Below are positions 36,405 to 45,520 of a stretch of DNA of 64,000 bases, one piece after another. The DNA lies in assembly GCA_963835085.1 (NCBI GenBank), contig CAWIED010000001.1, positions 398,474 to 462,473 of the forward strand, in the 5' to 3' direction. Made by a program: the position numbers and the translations under genes. This DNA comes from an uncultured Actinomycetota bacterium. GTDB taxonomy: Bacteria > Actinomycetota > Actinomycetes > Actinomycetales > CAWJMD01. Within the stretch, counting starts at the first letter, position 1. Every line of letters begins with the position of its first letter. The notes beneath the pieces were generated by a model. The model saw nothing but the letters and a program-made list of their open reading frames with translations, did not search any database and was not told where the DNA came from.

Positions 36405-37880
36405 GTGGCAGCACCCCAGAACTACCTGGCGGTCATCAAGGTCGTCGGTATCGGTGGCGGCGGGGTCAACGCCGTCAACCGGATGATCGAGGTCGGCCTC
36501 AAAGGCGTCGAGTTCATCGCCATCAACACCGACGCGCAGGCACTCCTGATGAGCGACGCCGACGTCAAGCTCGACATCGGTCGCGAGCTCACCCGTGGCC
36601 TCGGCGCGGGCGCCGACCCCGAGGTGGGTCGCAAGGCCGCCGAAGACCACGCCAACGAGATCGAAGAGGTGATCAAGGGCGCCGACATGGTCTTCGTCAC
36701 CGCGGGCGAGGGTGGTGGCACCGGCACCGGCGGTGCGCCCGTCGTCGCCAAGATCGCGCGCACGCTCGGCGCGCTCACCATCGGCGTCGTCACCCGTCCG
36801 TTCACCTTCGAGGGCCGCCGTCGCGCCACCTTCGCCGAGGCAGGCATCGACGGCCTCCGCGAAGAGGTCGACACCCTCATCGTCATCCCCAACGACCGGC
36901 TGCTGTCGATCAGCGATCGGGCCGTCTCGATGATGGACGCCTTCCGCGCGGCCGACCAGGTGCTGCTCTCCGGTGTGCAGGGCATCTCCGACCTGATCAC
37001 CACGCCGGGCCTGATCAACGTCGACTTCGCCGACGTCAAGTCCGTCATGCAGGGTGCGGGCTCGGCCCTCATGGGCATCGGTTCCGCGCGCGGCGAAGAC
37101 CGGGCGGTCCAGGCCGCCGAGATGGCGATCAGCTCGCCGCTGCTCGAGGCCAGCATCGACGGTGCGCACGGTGTGCTGCTGTCGTTCCAGGGTGGTTCTG
37201 ACCTCGGTCTGTTCGAGATCAACGAAGCCGCTCGGCTGGTGCAGGAGGCCGCCCACCCCGAGGCCAACATCATCTTCGGCACGGTCATCGACGACGCCCT
37301 GGGCGACGAGGTGCGGGTCACGGTCATCGCCGCAGGCTTCGACGGAGGTCGTCCCAACCGGCGGCGCGACGAGCGCGAGGCGCGTGCCAGCCGCCAGGGT
37401 GGCCCGTCGGGTCATGTGGCGCCCACCGTGCCGCCCCGCCCCCAGCCCCGGCAGGAGCGCGCTGACGAGCGGCTCAGCTCGTTCACTCCCCGGGCCACCC
37501 CGGCCCCGGTGCAGCGCCCCGAGCCGGTCGTCATCCCCGAGCCGGAGCCGGTGAGCGTCGTCCACGGCGGCCACCGGGGCACCAACGGTTTCGGCGAGTA
37601 CCAGGCCTACCAGCCCGAGACCCGCTCCCCGCAGCGCGAGGAGACCCGGCCGGCCCACCAGTTCGAGGAGAGCCGCCCCAGCCAGGCCCAGCCCACCTCG
37701 CCCTCGCCGTACGACTCCAACCGCACCGCCTTCAACGAGTCGCCCCGTCCTGCCTTCCACGAGTCGACTCGTGGCGAGCAGCCCAGCCGTCAGTCCCCGC
37801 CGGTCGTGTTGCCTGACGAGCGGGTTCGCGCCTACCGGCCGGCCGACGACGACCTGGATGTGCCCGACTTCCTCAAGTGA
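36405..37880 (+). CDS. ftsZ: Cell-division GTPase FtsZ
   Basis: [22 protein letters not shown] and [13 protein letters not shown] tubulin signature. It has a long disordered linker and the conserved C-terminal peptide [11 protein letters not shown]. Confidence 0.97.
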   Translation: MAAPQNYLAVIKVVGIGGGGVNAVNRMIEVGLKGVEFIAINTDAQALLMSDADVKLDIGRELTRGLGAGADPEVGRKAAEDHANEIEEVIKGADMVFVTAGEGGGTGTGGAPVVAKIARTLGALTIGVVTRPFTFEGRRRATFAEAGIDGLREEVDTLIVIPNDRLLSISDRAVSMMDAFRAADQVLLSGVQGISDLITTPGLINVDFADVKSVMQGAGSALMGIGSARGEDRAVQAAEMAISSPLLEASIDGAHGVLLSFQGGSDLGLFEINEAARLVQEAAHPEANIIFGTVIDDALGDEVRVTVIAAGFDGGRPNRRRDEREARASRQGGPSGHVAPTVPPRPQPRQERADERLSSFTPRATPAPVQRPEPVVIPEPEPVSVVHGGHRGTNGFGEYQAYQPETRSPQREETRPAHQFEESRPSQAQPTSPSPYDSNRTAFNESPRPAFHESTRGEQPSRQSPPVVLPDERVRAYRPADDDLDVPDFLK

Positions 37881-38009
37881 GTCGGGCCTGGCGCTAAGCG
37901 CCCGCCTCGACGGCGTCATTCGGTGTCGCGGGATGCGGATCGCATCTCGCGGCACCCACGGCGCGGGCACCCGGGTCGCCGGAAACCTCGATAGGTACCG
38001 TCACTACTC

Positions 38010-38813
38010 ATGACAACGACGCACGCTCGTCACCGCAGCTCTCCGACAGACCTCTTCTGGTGGTCGGGGGCCTGGCCGGTCGGCGGGCGTGCGTCGGTGC
38101 ATGCGGCGCTCACCGCGCGGAATCTGCCCGGTTTCGAGGCAGATCCGGAGAGCCCGTTCGGATCGGGCAACCTCAGCGGGTCGGTGGGTGACGACCCAGC
38201 AGAGGTCGAGCGCCGCCGCGCCGCGATCACGACCGAGGCGGGCTGCAGCCGGCTCCTCATTCCCCGGCAGGTGCACGGCAAAGACGTGGCGGTGGTCGAC
38301 GCCAGCACCACCGAACCTCCCACGGCCGATGCCCTGGTCAGTGCCACGCCCAACCTCATGCTGGGTGTGCTGGTGGCCGACTGCGTACCCGTCATGCTGG
38401 TCGACCAGACCCGCGGTGTGGTGGGAGTGGCTCATGCCGGCCGGCGGGGAATGGCTGCGGGAGTGGTCACCGCCACCCTCGACGCCATGGCCGATCTCGG
38501 TGCCGACAACGTCTCGGCGGTGGTCGGGCCGTCGATCTGCGCTCGCTGTTACGAGGTGCCCGACGACCTGCGGGCGCAGGTGGCGGCTGCCGTTCCCTTC
38601 ACGGCCTCGGTGAGCCGCACTGGCACCGCCTCCCTCGACATCGTGGCCGGTGTGCTCGCCCAGCTGCGTCGTCGTACTGTCCACATCCAGCTGCTGGCCG
38701 GTTGTACAGCCGAGACCCCTGAGCTCTTCTCGCATCGCGCGTCGGCAGGCAGCGCCGGACGGTTCGCCGGATATGCCTGGCAGCACCAGCCCGATGCGGA
38801 CGACACGCCATGA
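38010..38813 (+). CDS. pgeF: Peptidoglycan editing factor PgeF (YfiH/DUF152 laccase-domain protein)
   Basis: QVHG..DALV..VADCVPV..AHAGRRG..C..CYEV motif series. It sits in the conserved position after ftsZ. Confidence 0.85.
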   Translation: MTTTHARHRSSPTDLFWWSGAWPVGGRASVHAALTARNLPGFEADPESPFGSGNLSGSVGDDPAEVERRRAAITTEAGCSRLLIPRQVHGKDVAVVDASTTEPPTADALVSATPNLMLGVLVADCVPVMLVDQTRGVVGVAHAGRRGMAAGVVTATLDAMADLGADNVSAVVGPSICARCYEVPDDLRAQVAAAVPFTASVSRTGTASLDIVAGVLAQLRRRTVHIQLLAGCTAETPELFSHRASAGSAGRFAGYAWQHQPDADDTP

Positions 38814-39562
38814 CCCAGGGCACACCCTCGCCGGGCGATGCCCGTCGCGAGGAGCTGGCACACCGGTTGGCCGCGGTGCAGGCCAGGGTGGACGCCGCCT
38901 GTGCCGCCGCCGGTCGCGAGCCTGGCGACGTCACCACGATCGTCGTCACCAAGACCTACCCGACCAGCGATATCGCGCTGCTCGCGGACTTGGGAGTACG
39001 CGAAGTGGGGGAGGCGCGTGCCGATGAAGGCCTCGCCAAGCGCACCGAGCTCAGCGGATGGCGCGGGCTCTCGGATCCGTCGCACGAGTTGCCGAGCCTC
39101 ACCTGGCACGCCATCGGCCGGCTGCAGACCAACAAGGCGTCGAAGGTGGCGGCCTGGGCCGACGCGATCCATTCCCTCGACCGGCCCAGGCTCGTGGACG
39201 TCCTCGACCGTGCCCTCGGCCACGTGGGCCGCCGCGCACTCGGGTTCGTGCAAGTGAGCCTCGACGGCGATCCCGGGCGTGGGGGAGTGCCGATCGGCGA
39301 GGTCGCACGGCTTGCCGACCGCATTGCAGAAACCGACAATCTCGACTTGGCGGGAGTGATGGCCGTCGCCCCCCTCGGACGCGACCCGGCCGAGGTCTTC
39401 GCAGCCTTGGCGGAGCTGTCCTGGGCGGTTCGCGCCGAACATCCCGATGCTGGCCTGATCTCGGCCGGAATGAGTGGAGACCTCGAACAGGCGATCGCCT
39501 ATGGTGCGACACACCTGCGTGTCGGCACTGCGGTGCTCGGATCGCGGCCTCCGCTGCAGTAG
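38810..39562 (+). CDS. yggS: YggS/YlmE-family pyridoxal-phosphate homeostasis protein
   Basis: VTKTYP (PLP lysine), LQTNKA and [28 protein letters not shown] overlap with pgeF. Confidence 0.88.
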   Translation: MTQGTPSPGDARREELAHRLAAVQARVDAACAAAGREPGDVTTIVVTKTYPTSDIALLADLGVREVGEARADEGLAKRTELSGWRGLSDPSHELPSLTWHAIGRLQTNKASKVAAWADAIHSLDRPRLVDVLDRALGHVGRRALGFVQVSLDGDPGRGGVPIGEVARLADRIAETDNLDLAGVMAVAPLGRDPAEVFAALAELSWAVRAEHPDAGLISAGMSGDLEQAIAYGATHLRVGTAVLGSRPPLQ

Positions 39563-39624
39563 CGTCCCGAATTGACAGCAGTCCAACCCGCGTGGGCGGG
39601 GCACGCACCGGAGGGTCAAGTCAG

Positions 39625-40134
39625 ATGGGCATGCATGAGGCACTGGTGTACCTCGGTCTTGCTGAAGAGAAGGAGCAGGCCGTGCGGTACGCACCGGAGA
39701 CCAAGGAGATTCGCATCGACGACAATGTGGCACCACGCGTCGAGGAACGTCCACGCGAGGTGCGCGAGCCCAGCCGCCGCACTGAGGTGACCCCGCTCAA
39801 GCGGGACCGTGCCCGGGTGCCCGAGCCGCTCGACGCCGCACCCCAGGTGTCGCGCATCTCGGCTATTCACCCGGCCGCGTACAACGACGCCAAGACCATC
39901 GGCGAAGCCTTCCGCGACGGCGTGCCCGTGATCATGAACCTGACTGACATGGACGATGCGGACGCCAAGCGTCTGGTCGACTTCTCGGCCGGCCTCATCT
40001 TCGGCCTCCGGGGCTCCATCGAGCGGGTGACCGCCAAGGTGTTCCTGCTCACGCCGGCGCACGTAGAGGTCACCAACGCGACGGCGCCTGCCCCCAAGGC
40101 TGCCGCGACCGCCGGGTTCTTCAACCAGAGCTGA
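39625..40134 (+). CDS. sepF: Cell-division protein SepF
   Basis: ATG 39625 is preceded by GGAGGG. The C-terminal SepF domain is [40 protein letters not shown]. Confidence 0.9.
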   Translation: MGMHEALVYLGLAEEKEQAVRYAPETKEIRIDDNVAPRVEERPREVREPSRRTEVTPLKRDRARVPEPLDAAPQVSRISAIHPAAYNDAKTIGEAFRDGVPVIMNLTDMDDADAKRLVDFSAGLIFGLRGSIERVTAKVFLLTPAHVEVTNATAPAPKAAATAGFFNQS

Positions 40135-40306
40135 GTCCTGCTCCAGACATCGGCTTCTCGTGGCCGTCGGCTACCGCCGTTCGCCCACGGCACGTACTGC
40201 TGTGCCCATACGTTGGAGTTGATGTCGTCTCTTGGCCCCCACCCCCGACCCGTGCCGTTCGCCCGACGGTGCGGGTCGCGCTATTGGTAGCAGTTAGGCT
40301 CGAATT

Positions 40307-40591
40307 GTGAATATTGTCCTCTCGGTCGTGTACTTCGCCCTGTGGATCTTCTCTTTGCTCGTCATCGCCCGGATCGTGCTGGAGATGATCCAGTCGTTCT
40401 CGCCGCACTGGCGTCCCCGCGGGGCGATGGCCGTGGTTGCGGAGATCATCTACACGCCGACCGACCCGCCGCTGCGGGCACTCCGCCGGATCATCCCCGC
40501 GCTGCCGCTGGGAGGTATGCGACTCGACCTCTCGCCTCTGATCCTCCTGTTGGTGGTCAGTGTTCTCATGAGGGTGGTCGTTTCCCTCTGA
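40307..40591 (+). CDS. YggT/YlmG-family membrane protein
   Basis: 94-aa two-TM protein (VVYFALWIFSLLVIARIVLEMI..) in the conserved sepF-yggT-divIVA position. GTG start. Confidence 0.8.
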   Translation: MNIVLSVVYFALWIFSLLVIARIVLEMIQSFSPHWRPRGAMAVVAEIIYTPTDPPLRALRRIIPALPLGGMRLDLSPLILLLVVSVLMRVVVSL

Positions 40592-40743
40592 TTCCTCGGC
40601 CCTAGCGTTACGCCAATCGGGTGACCCCTGGGCGTTATTGGCGATTGCTTGTCACGCCAGGTGGTAGATCGCCGTCCTGGGCATTCAGCCGACCCGGAAG
40701 ATTCCGGTACGGTCTTGCGAAGAATCGTGTGTTTTGCAAAGAA

Positions 40744-40785
40744 CGCGTCTGCCTTTACGCGGAGGTGTTCTTTGCAGAGCCTGTG
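40744..40785 (+). promoter_or_regulatory. Stable stem-loop in the divIVA leader
   Basis: 10-bp perfect arms TGCAAAGAAC (40744-40753) and GTTCTTTGCA (40776-40785), with an inner GCGT/ACGC stem. It lies in a lower-GC patch 36 bp upstream of the divIVA GTG. Confidence 0.5.
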
Positions 40786-40820
40786 CGCGCCCCACCGGGC
40801 CCGGATGAAGAGAGCCTGCC

Positions 40821-41717
40821 GTGTCGTTGACACCCGAGGATGTCATCAGCAAGACCTTCCTGCCCACGCGCTTTGCTGAGGGCTACAACCAGGACGAGGT
40901 CGATGACTTCCTTGACGAGGTGGTCAGCACTCTGCGGGCCAAGCAGAGTGAGATCGACGAGCTGGAGGCCAAGCTCAGGGCGAGCGAGGCAGAGGTGGCC
41001 GACCTGCGGTCCCGGCCGCTCGAATCGTCCGCACCCGCGGTGCACGATGGCGTCCAGGTTCCTTTGCTCAAGCAGCGGCTGGCCCCCGATGCGGCTGCCC
41101 AGCGTTCCGACAGTCTGAACGACGCGCCGGACGAGAACGGCATGGGCGCGAACGCTGAGGATGTCTTCGGAGCACGTGAGCACGCGGTGACACCGAACTC
41201 CCTGCCTTCTGACGCTGTGCCTTCCGACACGGTGCCTTCTGACGCTGTGCCTTCCGACACGGTGCCTTCTGACACGGTGCCTTCTGACACGGTGCCTTCT
41301 GACACCGTGCCCGATAACGCTGGACCCGAGAACGCTGGATCCGACAAGACTGTGTCCGCGAGCCCCCAGGACGCCTCGAGCCCGCGCGAGAACACTGAGG
41401 GCGCCTCGGGAGCGGCGGGCATGCTGTTCCTGGCCCAGCGGCTGCACGACGAGCACGTGCGCAACGGTGAGAACCAGCGCGACATCCTCATCGCCGAGGC
41501 GCAGGCCCGCGCGGAGCAGCTGGTCGGAGACGCCGAGGAGACCCGCACCACCACGCTGGCGACCCTGCAGATCGAGCGCGACGAGCTGCAGTCGTACATC
41601 GAGGGCCTGCGTGCCCACGAGGAGGAATATCGCTCCCGGCTCCGCTCTTTCCTACAGGCACAGCTTTCCGATCTGGAGAGCCAGCATTCGCTCGAGCCCG
41701 ACGCCGCCCCGATCTAG
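40821..41717 (+). CDS. divIVA: DivIVA/Wag31 polar growth and division protein
   Basis: N-terminus VSLTPEDVISKTFLPTRFAEGYNQDEVDDFLDEV and coiled-coil C-terminal half. An internal pentapeptide repeat is inserted. Confidence 0.92.
   Translation: MSLTPEDVISKTFLPTRFAEGYNQDEVDDFLDEVVSTLRAKQSEIDELEAKLRASEAEVADLRSRPLESSAPAVHDGVQVPLLKQRLAPDAAAQRSDSLNDAPDENGMGANAEDVFGAREHAVTPNSLPSDAVPSDTVPSDAVPSDTVPSDTVPSDTVPSDTVPDNAGPENAGSDKTVSASPQDASSPRENTEGASGAAGMLFLAQRLHDEHVRNGENQRDILIAEAQARAEQLVGDAEETRTTTLATLQIERDELQSYIEGLRAHEEEYRSRLRSFLQAQLSDLESQHSLEPDAAPI
41202..41321 (+). repeat. In-frame 15-bp tandem repeat (8 units; VPSD[TA]) inside divIVA
   Basis: GTGCCTTCYGACRCK units start at 41202, 41217, 41232, 41247, 41262, 41277, 41292 and 41307. 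Confidence 0.9.
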
Positions 41718-41951
41718 TCTCGCTTTCTAGATCGGGCGTCTGACGGCGCTGTTAGCCGCGCCTTGTCAGCCATCCCGCCCAGAAGCCGACATCGCAGCTT
41801 TTATTTGCTGGCGAGCCCCTAGGCATGGCTCGCACGAAATTCCGGATCCACCAGGGTCCTGACCGCGCATCCACCGCAGTGGCCGGGTAGCCTGCGGCTG
41901 GCAGGGGATCGTCCGTGGTCTCCTGCTCTCTCGTTGCCGAAGGAGGCAGAC

Positions 41952-42557
41952 GTGGCTCCTCCCCGCCCCCGCGCCAGCACACGAGCCGAGAGCGTGCCTG
42001 CACCGGCCACGCCGCCGGTTGCCGAGGCCGCCGCGAAGAAGACACCCGTGACCAGGATCCCAGCCAGCCGTTCAGCGGCGAGCAAGACGACCGCCAGCAA
42101 GTCAACGGCCAGCAGGTCAGCCGTCCGCAAGCAGGCAAGCGCCCAGCCGGTGGGCTCGTCCGTCGCCGGCGCCGGGCCCGCTGGTGTCCCCGAGGGCTGG
42201 ACGCAGCAGGAGCTCGACGATCTGCGCCAGTCGCTGCTGGCCCACAACGCCGATCTGTCCCGCGAGATCGACGAGGTCACGGCCGAGATCGACGACCTGA
42301 CCGCTGATGCTGCCACCGCTACGGGAGACGACCAGGCCGACACCGGCTCACGCGCCTTCGAACGCGACCACGCGCTGCAGATGGTGCTCAATGCCCGCGA
42401 CCTGCTCGATCAGAACCAGCGTGCGCTGGCGCGGATCGAACAAGGCCGCTTCGGCATCTGTGAGTCGTGTGGTGAACTGATCGCCAAGGGTCGGCTGCAG
42501 GCCCATCCGGGAGCGACGCTGTGCGTGTCGTGCAAGGCTAAGCGGGAGCGGCGCTGA
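41952..42557 (+). CDS. TraR/DksA-family C4 zinc-finger protein with disordered N-terminal half
   Basis: C-terminal CESCGELI..(17 aa)..CVSC zinc finger and a DksA-like coiled region. GTG 41952 lies 7 nt after AAGGAGG. The track start at TTG 41934 is less likely. Confidence 0.8.
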   Translation: MAPPRPRASTRAESVPAPATPPVAEAAAKKTPVTRIPASRSAASKTTASKSTASRSAVRKQASAQPVGSSVAGAGPAGVPEGWTQQELDDLRQSLLAHNADLSREIDEVTAEIDDLTADAATATGDDQADTGSRAFERDHALQMVLNARDLLDQNQRALARIEQGRFGICESCGELIAKGRLQAHPGATLCVSCKAKRERR

Positions 42558-43126
42558 GATCCGTCCATAGAGCGACCTGGCTGTTCGTCCTTGTCACGCT
42601 GCTCGCGTATGTCCTCGATCAGGCCTCTAAGGCGTGGGCGCTCCAGGCGCTCGGCGATGGGGTCCGCCGGCCGATCCTGGGTGATCTGCTCGGGTTGCGG
42701 CTCATCTTCAACTCCGGCGCGGCCTTCTCCGTGGGCTCGGGCAGCACCTGGTTGTTCACGATCGTGGCCGCCGTTGTGGTCGTGGTGGTGCTACGCATGG
42801 CTCCTCGGCTCACCAGCCTGGCCTGGGCGGCCACGATGGGCCTGCTGCTGGCGGGGGCGTTGGGTAACCTGACGGACCGGCTCGTCCGTCCGCCCGCTTT
42901 TCTGCGGGGGCACGTGGTGGACTTCATCGACTACAACGGCTGGTTCATCGGCAACGTAGCCGACATCTGCATCGTGGTGGCCGCGATCGTCCTGCTCGGC
43001 CTCTCGCTGACCGGCCGCGGGCCCTCCGATCCGGTGCTCGGTTCGAGCGACAACCCGCCCTCCGCCTCGAACGACGCCCCGGCCGATTCGGTCGATCCGA
43101 AAGATGAGACGAGCCACCATGACTGA
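42554..43126 (+). CDS. lspA: Lipoprotein signal peptidase II (LspA); start codon non-canonical or unresolved
   Basis: Conserved LspA core ([37 protein letters not shown]). The frame is open only from 42542 and has no ATG/GTG/TTG before 42695. CTG 42554 overlaps the upstream TGA. Confidence 0.8.
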   Translation: MRSVHRATWLFVLVTLLAYVLDQASKAWALQALGDGVRRPILGDLLGLRLIFNSGAAFSVGSGSTWLFTIVAAVVVVVVLRMAPRLTSLAWAATMGLLLAGALGNLTDRLVRPPAFLRGHVVDFIDYNGWFIGNVADICIVVAAIVLLGLSLTGRGPSDPVLGSSDNPPSASNDAPADSVDPKDETSHHD

Positions 43127-44042
43127 CACCCGCGTCCTGTTCATTCCCGATGGCCTTGAGGGCGAACGCGTCGATGCCGGGCTGGCCCGCCTGCTCGGCC
43201 TATCGCGTTCGGCGGTGGCGGCCATCGCCGCCGACGGCGGCATCACCCTGGACGGGCGGCCCTGCGCCAAGTCAGACCGGTTGCCGGCCGGCTCGACCGT
43301 GGAGATCGCCATGCCCGCGCCCATCGGCGTGGTCAGCGTGGAGCCGCAGCTGGTGCACGACCTGCGGGTCGTGTACGAGGACGATGACATCGTGGTGGTC
43401 GACAAGCCGGTCGGGGTCGCCGCCCATGCGAGCCCGGGGTGGACGGGTCCCACGGTCACCGGCGGTCTGGCCGCGGCCGGCTATCGGATCGCCACGTCGG
43501 GGGCGCCCGAGCGGCAGGGCATCGTGCATCGGCTCGACGTGGGCACCTCCGGGCTCATGGTGGTCGCCAAGAGTGAGCGCGCGTACTCGTTGCTCAAGCG
43601 GGCGTTCAAGGAGCGCACGGTCTCCAAGACCTATCACGCGGTCGTGCAGGGACTGCCCGATCCACTGGTGGGCACCATCGACGCGCCCATCGGACGTCAT
43701 CCCGGCGCCGACTACAAGTTCGCCGTGCTGTCGGGCGGCAAGCCGTCGATCACTCATTACGAGGTGCTGGAGGCGTTCCGGTCGGCCTCCCTCGTGGAGG
43801 TGCACCTCGAGACGGGGCGAACCCATCAGATCCGGGTGCATTTCGCGGCGCTGCGCCATCCGTGTGCAGGAGACCTCACGTATGGCGCCGACCCCACGCT
43901 GGCCGCCCGCCTGGGCTTGAAGCGGCAATGGCTACATGCGGTCGGGCTCGGCTTCACCCATCCCGGCACCGGCGAGTGGGTCGAGTTCAGCAGCAACTAC
44001 CCCGCCGATCTGGCCGCGGCGCTGGAGCGGTTGGCTGGGTGA
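43104..44042 (+). CDS. rluD: RluA-family 23S rRNA pseudouridine synthase (RluD-like)
   Basis: S4-like N-terminus ([17 protein letters not shown]) and catalytic [16 protein letters not shown]. The start is ATG 43104 or ATG 43119. Confidence 0.9.
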   Translation: MRRATMTDTRVLFIPDGLEGERVDAGLARLLGLSRSAVAAIAADGGITLDGRPCAKSDRLPAGSTVEIAMPAPIGVVSVEPQLVHDLRVVYEDDDIVVVDKPVGVAAHASPGWTGPTVTGGLAAAGYRIATSGAPERQGIVHRLDVGTSGLMVVAKSERAYSLLKRAFKERTVSKTYHAVVQGLPDPLVGTIDAPIGRHPGADYKFAVLSGGKPSITHYEVLEAFRSASLVEVHLETGRTHQIRVHFAALRHPCAGDLTYGADPTLAARLGLKRQWLHAVGLGFTHPGTGEWVEFSSNYPADLAAALERLAG

Positions 44043-44214
44043 GGCCTGCGGCAACCCCGCAAGTCCGCCGGAGGAAGAAAGAGAGTGCGGGCGGAAGGGT
44101 TTGGAGCTCCTTGGGAGCAAAGAGGTTGAAAACGGTGTCAGGTTTTTGAATCTCTGCCCCGACTTCAGGGTTTATTTCAGGCGAGATGGCCGCGTCGAGC
44201 GGTGGGCTGGGCAT

Positions 44215-45308
44215 CTGGATGATCTATTCCATGGGGTCGGGTGTCTGTGGTGTGTTGATCCGGGGTGGCAGGGCTGGCCCGCTCTTGGGGTCGTCGAGGT
44301 GTGACGTTGTTCGTGGGGATGTCACCAGGTTGGTGAGGGGTGGGTGGAGGACGTGACAGGTGGACGCGGGGTCGGGTCTGGGTGATGGGTGGCTCGCGGT
44401 CGGGTCGGATCTGGGGCATCGCCGCAGGCCTGCCGCCGGCCTGGGAGGCTTGGAGTGTGCCCGATGTGTCCTGGTGTGCGGGTGGGTGTCGGGTGGTCGG
44501 TCGCCGCTCCCAGCGCTGGGATGTCCGGGTCCGGCTCGCTTGGGTACAGCCGGCGGGGTGTGGGTTGGTGCCAGCCGCGTGAAGGGGTCCGCGTTTGGCA
44601 CCATTGAGCGCGGCCACGGCCGGGATGGCTTGGTTGCCGGGTGCCAGTCGCGTCGAATACACCGCGTTTGGCAGTGTCGAGGGTGCCGATTAGGCCGGGG
44701 CGGGGTGTGGGTGGTGTCAACAGCGGGACGAAAGCCGCGTCCGGCACCATCGAGCTTCGCCACACGCGGGATGGCTTGGCTGCCGGGTGCCAGACGCGTG
44801 GAATACGCCGCGTTTGGCAGTGTCGAGGGGGCCGGTCAGGCCGGGGCGGGGTGTGGGTGGTGCCAACCGCGGGACGAAAGCCGCGTCCGACACCATCGAG
44901 CACGACCACACGCGGGACGACCTGCCAGCCTGGTGTCAGACGCGTGGAATACACCGCCTTTGGCAGTGCCGAGAGGGCCGATCAGGCCGGGGCAGGGCTT
45001 GGGTGGTGCCAGCCGCGTGGAATACGCCGCGTTTGGCACTGTCGAGGGTGCCGATCAGGCCGGGGCGGGGTGTGGGTGGTGCCAACCGCGGGACGAAAGC
45101 CGCGTCCGGCACCATCGAGCACGGCCACACGCGGGACGACCTGCCAGCCGGGTGCCAGCCGCGTGGAATATGCCGCGTTCGGCCGGAAGGAAGAGGCCAA
45201 CCCGGCAGCGGCGGACTCTTCTGGTGCCAACCGCGTCGAGATGCACCGCGGTCGGCACCACGCAACGACCCTGTAGGCGGGGCGGGTCTCTTGGAATAGA
45301 TCATCTAG
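44215..45308. mobile_element. 1.09-kb non-coding composite element bounded by 17-bp inverted repeats (possible decayed non-autonomous element)
   Basis: CTGGATGATCTATTCCA (44215-44231) matches the reverse complement of 45292-45308 (CTAGATGATCTATTCCA) at 16/17 positions, with a 14-bp perfect core. The interior is a head module (44290-44550) plus a 10-unit hairpin array. No target duplication is seen. Confidence 0.35.
44567..45259. repeat. Tandem array of ten ~36-nt hairpin repeats, 72-74-bp period, about 146-bp higher-order unit
   Basis: GGTGCC/GGTGTC-initiated imperfect palindromes start at 44567, 44639, 44713, 44786, 44859, 44932, 45005, 45078, 45151 and 45223. There are two hairpin subtypes (loops GGGACGAAAG and GTGGAATAC) and two conserved spacer types. 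Confidence 0.95.
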
Positions 45309-45452
45309 CCAATGTGGCTAGGCCCTGATTTCGACTTCCAGCGGTGAATTCGTGTCGACTATGGACATCGACAGGGTGTACCCGCATAGGAGACGGTTGA
45401 GGTGTGGCGAAGGACGGCAAAATGGCCGGGTCGCCACCCACACAACGACGAA

Positions 45453-45480
45453 GGGCGCGGCCTTGCGGCCACGCCCTTTT
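45453..45480. terminator. GC-rich hairpin terminator downstream of the peroxiredoxin gene (possibly bidirectional)
   Basis: GGGCGCGGCC-TTGC-GGCCACGCCC has a 10-bp stem with 1 mismatch. It is followed by TTTT on the plus strand and lies 41 bp beyond the minus-strand peroxiredoxin stop. Confidence 0.5.
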
Positions 45481-45520
45481 GCCTGCCTACCACCCAATGG
45501 GGGGCCGACGGTGTTGCGTT

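Noticed and set aside
44082-44130. Micro-ORF (14 codons, GTG at about 44086) preceded by GGAGGA downstream of rluD.
   Set aside because: It is too short, with no conservation evidence available. It lies in an AT-richer spacer where Shine-Dalgarno-like strings occur by chance.
44567-45259. Possible CRISPR array: ~36-nt partly palindromic repeats with ~37-nt spacers and regular 73-bp period.
   Set aside because: The spacers are not unique; only two spacer types alternate and recur. The repeats are degenerate and fall into two subtypes. The same unit occurs in short arrays at 2.4 and 13.3 kb, and no cas genes are in the window. This behaves as a REP/MIRU-like structured tandem repeat, not CRISPR.
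44224-45328. Multiple 60-320-aa ORFs on both strands across the repeat block (e.g. 44360..45328 +, 44322..44954 -).
   Set aside because: Their sequences are periodic translations of the DNA repeat (e.g. GCQPRDESRVRHHRARPHAGRPA repeated). They exist in several frames and on both strands, have no start context, and show no coding third-position pattern distinct from the repeat itself.
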